A DNA stretch of 64,000 nt from a virus (lineage: Duplodnaviria; Caudoviricetes), in IMG/VR virus record IMGVR_UViG_3300021399_000134, positions 1 to 64,000 of that record; one strand, given 5' to 3'. How positions within the stretch are numbered: position 1 is the first letter of the stretch; each line of letters starts with the position of its first letter. This document shows positions 19,902 to 31,900 of the stretch, piece after piece. The notes beneath the pieces are model-generated. The model was not told the origin of the DNA. It saw only the letters and a list, made by a program, of their open reading frames with translations, and made no database searches. A program made the position numbers and the translations under genes.

Positions 19902-22900
19902 TTAGATAGCAAGTTTATTATTATACGATTTACTAATCTGTCCTATTGTTGCGTTTTGTACTGCCTTTTGCATCTCCTTGCTTTGTTTAAAGGTTCTAAC
20001 AAAACTCTCAGGATCTGTCACATTGCTACCATCTAAACTAATATTAATATCACCGACATTTAATGATGCCGACATTGTATTTGGAGTGCTAATAGTACGA
20101 GTATAACTCTCAATTGTTGGAAGATTATTAAGCAATTCTTGGATAGTCTTTACATGCTCTGGCATAATAAAGCCTTCTCCATTTCGTACAAATGCTATAC
20201 CATCTTCATTGCTAGGCACTAACTGACCAATACCACCATGACTAAATCCAGCTTTTGCTTTTACTTCTTTAGCAAGTTGCTTTCTTAACACTTCTGTATC
20301 TTTGTAAGAACCCACCATCTCACTTGAAGTTGATTTACCCACATATTTAAGAGCAGTTTTTACTTGCTCATTAGTAGCACTACCCTGATTTAATGCTTTT
20401 ACAATAGTTTGATATTTCTTTTGTTTCTCTGTTAAGCCAGTTGATTTAGGAGTAGTAATAGTACCAATATCATCAGCACTAATATTATCTAATACAGATG
20501 TAGTAGAACTATTTATAGAAGTGGCTAAATTGCTAGTATCAAGTGTTGTGACTGTACCAGTATCACCAATCAATTTTGCTTTGAGTTCATTAATTGCTTC
20601 ACCAACAGTATGCTGAATTTGATTTACCGTATCATTGATTTCTGCATCAATGTTAGATTCTTTCTCTAATCCTTCAATTAAATTATTCATGGAATGAGAA
20701 TAATCTGGGATAATTCCCTCTATATCACTTATAACCTTATTGTAATTTTGGTTGGTAATATTATTATTTGCATCAGCAGTAACCGTTACAGTAGTTCCAT
20801 CATCTGTCTGATAACTATATGTAGTTGAACCATCTTCGTTCTTAGTAGCACGCATTTGGTTAGTACTTAATCCGTTTGCCACTAATTGCGTAGCAATTAA
20901 TTGGTCATATTTACTAACTAATTTAATTACAGCATTTTTAACAGAATCTGAATCACTCATAATAGTTTCAATGAAATCTTCAAAATCTTCTGACATTGTA
21001 TCAAGAGCATCCTCTTGGTCTTGCAACCATTGGTCATATTCAGTATCGGCTAATGTTTGTTGAGCGTCCTTTAATTCGATGTTTAACTTCTGCAATTTCA
21101 TTCTAGCCTCATCTGAATTATCCCCTGATAAAGCAGCAATCTGTTTCTGTATGTCAGCAATATCTTTATTTTGCTCTTTAACTTTTTTCTGGTACTCATA
21201 CAAATCTTTTTCTGCTTGTAAAGCGTCTTTTCTCTTTGAAATTAATTCATTCAATCCTTCCAATTGTGCGTCAAAGGCTTCTTGAACTAAATCCTTTAAA
21301 TTATCAACTGTATTTGCATATTCTTCAGTATATGAGTTTACTGCTTGTGTCAATTCAGCAATCTTACTTAAAGTTTCTTCTAGATTACCAACTTCATCTC
21401 CACTATCTAATATTTCTTTGTATCGAAGTAATTCCGTATAAGCATTTTGTCGCTCTGAATCAACATAATTAAGTTTGTCTGCGTAAGCATCAAGTGTAGC
21501 CAAACCATCATCTGTTAAACCGAATATATCTTTATCTGTTAGAGTCTTGTGACTTAACATTGTGATGATATGTTCTGTATAGGTAACTGCATCTTCAAGA
21601 TATTGTTTCATAATTTCAAATGGTCTAAGTTTAATTTCATTCAATGCCTTACGATTCTCTATGAGTTTATTTTCATCCGAAAGAATGTTTTGCTCAAGTT
21701 CACTCTGTGCGGTTAACCCTTTCACATATTGTTCGGAACTAATTTCGCCAGCCTCATACTTAGCCTTTAATGCCTGACTATATGCCTCAAGCATTTTTGT
21801 GTTATTGTCAATATTAGTCTGCGTCAATTGGTTGCTTATATTATAATAATCTTCTGTCAAATATCTACCTACAGTTTCAAGATACTCGCCCCTTGCCTCT
21901 AAACTCGAAATACTTGCTTTGGTAATACTTTCATACAAATCATATTCTGCTTGAAGATTTTCAAGTTCCTTAAAATGAGAATCTTGTATTTTCTCCCTGT
22001 ATTCTAATATATGTTGTTGCCTTGAAAGTATATCTTCATTCGCATCATCAATAGCAAGAAGATAACCATATTGCTCGGTTAAATATTCTCGGCTTTGCGA
22101 CTCGTAAGAATTTTTGTCGGACGCATATCCTACTTGTTCCTCCATAGCCTGAGCAATGTCATAATTAGTGCTTGCCTCATCTGCGTGACCTTGATATGCA
22201 CTAATTAGAGTTTCACGAATATTCTTTTCATTTTCTTCTCGTGCAGTATCTCTTTCTAACTCTAAAGCCTCAATCTCAGCCTTAATTTCCTTGCTTAAAG
22301 AAGTGTTATATGTAGCAAGTATACCTTGTAAATTAGCAGGTAATTTCTTTAATAAACTATCAGGAATTTCCTTGCCACTCTTGATTAAGGTTTTAACTTT
22401 GTTCTTAATCTTCTTGGCAACTTTACTTTTCCTTAACGCATTCTTAACATTGTTAGGAACTTTCTGACCACCACCTAAAGTACCTGTACTCAAAGTGTGC
22501 AAACGTTTAGCATAATAATCCTCATTTGCTGAATTGTCTTTTCGATATGTGGCAATATCGCTAGCATACAAATCATCTTGTTCAGCCAAAGTAGTCGCAT
22601 TTTCTCTAGCAATAGAATTATACGAACGCATAGCCTCGTTCTCATCTAAAATATTTTGCAAAATATTATGATGAATGTCTAGGATTTCTTTATCTCTCTG
22701 TGCCCTCAATTCAGCCACTTTTGCTTGGTCTTTCTCCAACTGTGCTTGCTTAATCTGATACTTGTAAGATTGATTAATCCATTTTATCTTTTGGCGTTCA
22801 TATTTATTCTTTTCCTTTGCACTCTTAACTAATTCCTCATTAGCCTCAATAGATGCTTTTTCTTGGTCAGCCTGATCCACATATTCTTGATACCACGCAT

Positions 22901-25900
22901 TATATGTTTCTCGCCAACTGGTATGTGCTTCTTCAGCAGCCTTTTCAGCATTTTTAGCATTATCCCAATAACCTTGATAAGTAGTAATTATGTTAGCAGC
23001 CTTTTCGCCATATTTTTTTATCAATTCATCTGGACTGCCTTTAATAGCACCAGTACGCAATTTTTCTAAACTAACACCAGCACCATATAAAATATTAAGT
23101 CTACCATTCTTGCGAAGATAACTCTCTGCTTTACCATAATACTTTTTAGCCGCAATCTCTTGTGATTTCCAAAGGTTTTCGTATTGCTTAATCTGAGATT
23201 TATAATTAGCATCTTTCGCACGCATATTAAATAAATTCTCTAATTTAGCCTTTGTATAATCAATTACATTCTGCAAATGCTGAAGCCTACGAGCAATCCA
23301 ATCAATTTCTTGCGATGTATCAGTTTCTGAAGAATTAGAACCTGACTTGCTACCATCATCTCCTTTATTACCTCTTTCAGTTTCAGTTTTGCTCTCAGTT
23401 TCTGTGGCTATTTTTGCAAATTTAGTTTGGATTGACTTACCTACTTCTTCGGCTTTTTGTTCTGCTTTTGCTAATTGGTCGTCTAGATTTTTTTCAGCCT
23501 CACTAGGTACACTACCTTTTCTGAACTTTAAAAACTTATAAGTTCTTAATGCTGCTAATTGAGCAGCTGTTGCTCCTGCTTTATTACCTAACTTGATAAG
23601 TGCATTAACATCATCTTCTGTATTTAAAGCAACTTTATTGAAACCACGCTTAGCAATTAGTGTTTGAGCCATAGCAAATGTAGCGGATTTACTTGCACCA
23701 GTTAACTTTGATAATTCCTCAATATCTGAAAGAGTAGCATTTTTCAGGTCATTAGACATTAAAGCAGTCACTTTTTTCTGGAATGCTAAATCTCTAAATG
23801 CTTGTGCTGAATTTTCAGCATAACCTTGCTCTATAATAAATGCGTCTATTTCTTGTTGAGTAGCGTCTATTAACCTTTTGCCTTTTTTGGTGGCAAATTC
23901 TTTTGAGTAAGCATTATCTTTGTTCTGTCTAATTAATTTGCTTAACACAATATCATGAGCATTAGTGACACCCATTTCTTTTAACTGTGTTTCGTAATAA
24001 CCTTTGCTATCTTCATCTACTTTAGCCAAGAATTCATCCGTAGAAACATAGGCAGTAGCAAGTTTATCTTGTGCTACTTTTAAGTCATCAAGCGACTTTT
24101 CACTATCGCCTGCAACATTTTTATAATTTTCCCAAGCCTTAGCGGCTTTACCAGTCCATTGGTCTACACCTAATGTTGTTCTTAATCCTTCTAGTGTGTC
24201 TGTTCCTACAGCACCATAAGTACCAGTTTTATCTTCTTTCTTTTCAGAATAAGCAGAAGTAATAGCGGTTATGCCACCCTTCATGGCAGATAGTGCTTGT
24301 GTGGAATCAGGTATTTGATTAATATAATCAAGGACTTCTTTGACAGAAAAGCCTAAATCTTCAAAGTGTTCTTTAACTCCATTAATATTGGATAATGTTT
24401 TATAATTTAAAGTTCCACCAATAGCCAAGTCTAATAGTGATTTTCTCTGGTCTGACGATAATAATTTCCAAGCATCATTCATTGCAATACGCTCTGCTTT
24501 TAATTGCTTTAAAGCATATTTTTTGGCTCGTTTAGTAAACTCTGCTGTACTTTCTTCTGTATAATCAAGTCCAACTTTTGGCTGAAATTCTTGAAAGTCC
24601 TCTAATTCTTGTATTTGATTGTCTAAATCGTATTGCCTTATAAAATCGTTCGCATTGGTAGCTTTTGCACGTTCTTTCTTTAACTGTGCTAGTCGACGTT
24701 GTAACCCTGTATCTTCTTGACGTTGTAACTCTGTATCTTTTTTTAAAATAGCCTTATTGCGATAATTTAAATAATTAACATCATCTTTAGTTAATTTTAA
24801 AATAGCTTTCTTTTCTTTGTTAGATAAACTATCCCAATCAATTTTATCGCCAAACATATCATAGATAAGTTGTTCTTGTTCATCTCTTATATAGCCTAAT
24901 TCATGTAAGTAATCTAATAGTGACTCTAAATTATCAAAACCATTTTCATCAGCAAAATTAGTTAGACGTAATTTAAGGTCGCTATCTTCAGGTAGATTTA
25001 ATATTTTTTCAACTGTATTACTGGATATATCTTGCTGGATATCTTCTAATGCGAGTGTTGGTTCTAATTTAAGATTAGCTTTAAACTCCCATGTTGCGAT
25101 TTCTTCTTGTAAGGCAGGATATTCCATATTAAACCAATCAACTACATCTACATTTGAACTATTCAATAATTCAACTAACTTTTTCCTAGTAGATTCAATA
25201 TCGTCTTGATTTCCTGACTTTAATGCTTCATCATAGGCTTCTTTTGCTTTATCGACTTTAGCATATTGTTCTGTGCTAGTTTCATTGTTCAGTATGCGTT
25301 GATAATAAATCATGGCTTTCATTAAATCCTTGTTGGATTCATAGAAAGAATTAGCTTCTGCTAATTTATTATTAAGCTTATCTAGGAATTTATTATTAAT
25401 ATCATTATAGTTAGCACTAATATCTCTTATTTCTTGTAAATCTTTGATTACATCTTCAACATTGCCAGTAATAATTCCGCCATTAAATCGCTCATTTAAT
25501 ATTTTATCAAATTTTTCACTACCTGACGAACCTAATTTAACATCTCTAGAAATCGTGCCAAACATACTTTGATAATTGCCCCAACGATTTTGTAAATCTT
25601 CGGTTGGAACAGAATAGTTATTTAACATACCTTTAAATGTACTTACAGGGTCGTCGCCACTAAGAACGCTTAAAAGAGGATTCATAGCTCCAATCCAATT
25701 ACCAACAGTTTCTCTTGCTTTAGTAAATAATGATTTTTTGTTGAATTCAGTAATAGCATCATCATATGCTTTTTTATTTAAATTATTTAAAGCATCAGTT
25801 TGTCCGTCTATTGCATCATTAATATCTTGAATAGCATCTTTTTCTGTACCATAGTTACTAATCAATTCATTTTGAAGTTCTAGCAGTCGCTCTCTTGCAT

Positions 25901-28900
25901 TTGAAACTTCGTCCAATGAAGAAGCGGAATCATTAATTGTTTGATGTAATGAATAAATTTCTGATTTATAATTATCAATGGTTTCATTCTCAGATTTAAA
26001 TGTTTCGCCAACTTTTTTAGCAGACTCATTTAATTCATTTTGAGTATTCATTAACTTCGCATAAAATGCAATCGCCGCTCCTACAGCAATACCTGCTGTT
26101 ATCCATGAATTCATCATAGTTTTAAATGCAGAAGTAACTTTAGCTTTCACAACGGTTGCTAAATTGCTGAAACTAATAGCTTGTCGATCTGTTGCACTTG
26201 TAGACAATAGAGTAGCTAATACTTGGTCTCTTTGTGCCTCTGTTAATTGAGATGTTGCTAAAGCAGCCCTTAAATCAATTTCGGTTATTTCTCTTGTGCC
26301 ATTTATTAAATTACCTTGTGCATCAATCAGATTTAATTGACCTAAAATTGAATCTCGAACATCCTCAGAAACACCACCTATATTTAATTTAGAAATAATA
26401 GTTGCACTATTAAGGGTATTTGTGTTCTGTAATGATATATTCGCGGCACTTAAAATTTGTTCAATGGCTTCATCCGTAAATTCGGAATATTTCCCTTGAA
26501 CATCTTTTAGTATTTTGCGTGCTTGTTCTTCGTCATATCCAACAATAGAATTAGCCAATGTTTTGGTAAAGTCGTCGCTTTTAATATAACCATCTTTAAA
26601 TAAATCAGCATAATCAGCATCACTTAACGCCTCTTTGATATTGCCTATTACAGTAGTTATTTCTGTTCCAGTAGTGGTCATTGATTTCATTTGTTTCCAA
26701 ATTTCCATAAATGACTTAATGGAAGTTATTAAGCCAAATCCAACGCCACCACCTGTAACTACTTTTGAAACTCCTAATTGACCAATTACATTAGCAAGTG
26801 CATCTGATAAAGTGATTATATTATCTAATAAAGATTTAATATCTTCTTTATCAAGAATTTGCTGTAATGCACCAACCCATGTTTGCTGTATTTCATTAAT
26901 TTTGAAATCAATAGAATCACGAACAATACCCATTTCTTTGTCAGCACTACCAGCACTTGTTTCAACTGCCTCTATGGCTGCTCGCACTTGGTCGAAATTA
27001 GAAATAATACTAGAACCTACCTGTGCTTGCGTTTTAGCAAACAATTTCTGCAACAATGCATTTTTGTTTTTCTCAGAAATTTCATCCCACGAATTTGATA
27101 ATTCTCCAAGATATTGTACTAAAGATTTGTAATGTCTTTGCGTTTCATCAGTAAATAATGAAATACCTTCTGGATTACTTGCTGTTTTTGTTAATTCAAC
27201 AACATCGCCAGTAATAGTAGATAAATTATTATCTAATTCTTCAGTGCTTTCATTATAACCCCTAACACGCATACTAATACTTCTTAATGCAGTACCAACT
27301 TTTTCACTATTCTGAATAATTTCTTGAGCACCAGTAAACAAAGCAACTGAATCTTGGAAAGATGTACCGACAGCATGAAGAGCAGCAGATGAACGCTCTA
27401 AACCTTCAACAATATCTAAGTTAGATTCTGCAAAAGTATTTCCTAGTTTATTGATTGGGTCCATGATTTCTGTTTTAACATCATCTGGTTCGATATTAAA
27501 TGCTTTCATGATACTGACCAAACCACTTTGTGCAGTTTCTGTATCCATGCCAGGTGATATAGCCGCAAATTGTGAACTCAATGCCGCCATTTCGGTTGCC
27601 GCTTCTCTAGAAGAATAACCTAATCTCGACCATGCTGATGCTTGCGAAATAATTTCAGCAGTAGTTGTACCTAAATTAGCAGCTGTCTTGGATGATTCTG
27701 CATAAAACGCATTTAATTCACTTGTATTCATTGTAGTAGTTTTTCTTAAATCTACTAATTCTGTGTCAAGATTTCTAATAACGTCAAATGCTTCTCGTGC
27801 ATACCTAGATATATCATACAAACTAAGATACATCGAAATAAAGTTAATAGACATCTGCTTGATACGATTTGATAATGATTGGAAAATACTTTTACCAGTC
27901 TCGCCAGCCCTTACAACATTACTTTCTAATTTAAGTAATTCAGTTGATAATTCTGCAAGTTTTTCTTTGCTATCGGCTGTTTCTATTTGTATTCTTAAAT
28001 TAGCAAATTGGTCTTTAAACTCTTTACTCATTGCTGAGTTTTTTGCTACAAACTTATCAAGTTTTAATAATTCACGCGTTGTATCTTCACGAGTAATTGG
28101 TGTATATATTGGTTGATTCATTGTATCAACCAATGTTTTATATTGCTTAGTAAAATCGGTGTATTGTTTAAAAATTTCTTTTATAGGTATATTTTCAGTT
28201 TTTATTTTTTTCGAATATGATTCAATTTGAGCAATAACATCATTAATATCTTTACCAAATTTTCCGTTTCTCGTGGCATTTTTTAAATCGTTTAAAGAAT
28301 TTATAATTGCTTGAAAATCAAATACCTCAACATTTTCAGTTACGTTAAAGGTTTGTAAAGCATTTTGCACCATTCTTATGCTTTGAACGATACTGGTAAA
28401 TTCACTTGAAGCATTATTGCCTAAACTCTTCAAGTATTCTTCAAAACTATCAAAGCCTGTAGTAGACTGTAGCTCTTTAGAAATTAATTCTAATTGCACT
28501 TGTAATTCTTTTAGGTTTTGGTCATAAGTCTGTAAATTCGTCGGGTCGAAAACTTTCTTTTTATTATTATCAAAAATACTTGATTGTACTTTCAGATACT
28601 CTTTAGCATTCGATATAATCTTATTAAATGGGTCATTATCAATGTCACTCTTTAATCTTCTGAATTGTTCATCCCAAATTGATAATTGAGTTTTGTCTTG
28701 TTCTGCACCAGCCAATTTATATACCATATCATTAAATGATGTTTGATATTTGCTATAAAAATTAGGGTCAGTCTTAGTTGCCTCAATTAAATTCTGTAAC
28801 TTCTGTGAACGTGTTAAATTCTTTTCATCAATTTTAGCAGTATTGTTTTTCTCTTTTTGTACTAACTTTTCTAATTCAATCTCTGCTTTAATGCCTTCAA

Positions 28901-31900
28901 AAGTTTTATCATATAAGGTTTGTTGAGTATCATCATTAACATTTGCTAATTGTGCTCGAAGTTGACCAACAACATCATTACCAGAATTCTTTCCAAATTT
29001 AGTAGCAAGATTAGTGTCTGATTCTATCTTTTGACTTAAAATATCTAGTTGTTTTAAACCGTTATAAAATTCCGTTTGCTGAATGTCAATATTCAAGAAT
29101 TTTTGTGCGTCAGCATTTAAGTCCTTAAATTGTGTTGCCCACATTCTTAGTAAGTTATTATCATTTGTATTTTGTAATGAAGTTCTTAATTGTTCTATTC
29201 TATTTCGGAAATCATCTGTATAAGCACTATTATTTATTAATACTTGTTCAAGATTATTGAGTTCTTTTTCATACTCATTATTTTTAGCAACACGCTCCAT
29301 ATTTTTATGAGTTTCGACTATTTCTTTTCTTAAACGAGAATAGTGTTCATCCCATTCTTTTTGTAGTATCTTGCTATAACCTATATCTCCATATATATCT
29401 TTAAATTGCATCTTCGAAAGGTCATCATACAATGCTGCAATTTCATTGACATATTTTTGATAATTACTTTCATCTTTAGCAAGCATAGAAGCAAGCAATT
29501 TTAAAGAGTATTCTCTGGTTAATTGTTTTTGGTTATCAACTCTTGTGTTTTCTCCTAGACTTTCTTGGGAAAATAACCACTCATCGTCACTATCAGGTGC
29601 AAAGATTGCATTTCTAAATTCACCCATAACTAAATAGGAAAGTTTGTTTTTATCTACTTGCCTTTGGATTTTGACAACTTCACCTAAAATATCTTTATAT
29701 TTTTCAGCTTGTGCTCGTACAAATGTTGCCTCTGCATAGAACTCGTCATTAGATGCCCGACTCAAAAATATACTTGGTCTATCTTTCTTGGTTTCGCTTT
29801 TTTGGGAATCTTTACCAAGTCCTTCTGCAACTTGTTTTTTGCTTAATTTATTAAAAATATCAGCAACAGACTTTAATTCTTCACTTCTAGCCGATAAATT
29901 ATCAATAAACTTATTGAAATTATCTAAATCATCAAATTTTAAAGCTATAGATAAATTATTTATAGCTTCTGCTAAAGCCCTAACATTTTCAATACTGTCA
30001 TTATCAATCGACTTGATCCAATCTAAATTAAAAGGATTTGAATTCTTATTTTGTCTTGGAATCATCTTCTTGAACAAATCATTAATTTCAGATATATGTG
30101 GTTCAATTCGTGTTTTAAATTCCTTTAACTGTCTAGTTTTATTAGCATAGAAATTTGATATTTTTTTATTAATAGCAGTAAAGTCAATAGTGTTATAAAT
30201 AGTATTGAGAATATTTTCAATTTCTGTTTTCATTTCTGTGGTAAGTTTATCATTATGTTCTATAGTCATAGAACTGAAAACAGTATTGATAATATTCTTA
30301 ATCTCATTATTTTTAGTTTTAACAATGTTTACTTCTTCATCTAATATACCTTTTATTGCATTATTGTTCTTTTCAAAAAACTCTTTTTCAGAATCTAAAG
30401 CAGTTTTAAGTTCATTTAATGATGAAGTTAGTGTACTAAAGTTAGTTGTTATATTTTCATAAGACTGGATATTATCTAATTCTACAAACTTTTGGTTTAA
30501 CTTCTCAATATCCTGACTTACTAATATAAGATTTCCTGAAAGAGTGTCTAGTTGGTTTATTTCGCTTGTAATAACACCTTCTACAATTTGGCGTTCTTGT
30601 TCAAAGGCAGCGTTCTTTTCGTCAATGCTAAGTACAATTTCTCTAATCTTATTAACGACTTTATCTAATTTATTTGATTCTTCTGTAGTAACTTTATCAA
30701 CTACAGCCTCTTCATTTAAATAAGCCTTACTTGTATCACTTACATTTGAAGCCTCTGTTGTACTTTCTTTAAGTATTTTCTTTTCGGCTACCTTACTAAG
30801 ATTTTTTCTGTTACCACTTAATAAAGAAGTCGATTTCGGAAATGCACTGATTTCTTTTAACTGTTCTTCGTAATTTTGAATATGTGCTTTTAAACTACCA
30901 ATATTCAACTGATTAGAATTATCTCCAGCCATTTCTGTAGCAAGGTCTTGTTGTGCTTTCTGTAATAATCTTTCTACTTTTGGTTTTTCTTCTTTGTAAT
31001 AAACAGCTAGTTTATTCATTATGTTAAAGAAATCTACAAGGCGATTAAGCCTATCTTTATCGCCTAAACCTCTAAGAACTTTATCTCCATATAATTCATT
31101 TAATTCTTCAGAAGATATATCCATAATGCCTGCATTAGATAAATCGCCTGCAATACTAGCAAATAATTCATTATGATTGGACTTATTTAATTTCTTAGGC
31201 ATTTTGGAATAAGCGTTATAATACTTTCGTAATTCATCATCTAATACCGACGATGTTTTTTCTGAAAGAGTAGTAGCAACATTTCCTCCACCAAAAGATT
31301 TAATTTCTGATAAGCGATTTATAATTTTATCTAAAGCCACTACAACTTCATTGAAGATAGTTGCAATATTTTGAATATTACCTTTATCATCTATTGAAAC
31401 TAAAGCATCACTCACATCATATAATTCAAGACGAATATCATGCAACAAACCATCTATAGTTTTTAAACTAACTTCTTCCTCGGTATAATTAAATGCCTTT
31501 TCTTTAGTTTTTTCCCAAGTATCTGGAAAATACTTGTTCATTATATCATCTAAAGGTGTTTCAGGAATTTCATTCTTCACGTCATCTATCGGTTCTTTAA
31601 ATCCATTGAGTTTAGAAAGCATAACCTCTAAACGACCTAAAGTTTCTAAATACTCATTAGTAATATGTAATAAGTTTCTAGCAGAACTTTCATCTTGCAC
31701 AAAACCCAAAGACTCAGATATATTGTTTAATGCCTTAGCAATATCATCTAACTTTGTAGTTAAATCTTCAGGTACATTCATTTTTTGAAAACTTTCAGAA
31801 GTTTGTTTTGATAGTTTTAAAATAGCAAGTAATGCATCTTTAAAATTCACAATGTAATCAGGAGACTTTGGAACAAGTTTTTTTTGCTTTTTGTTGGTAT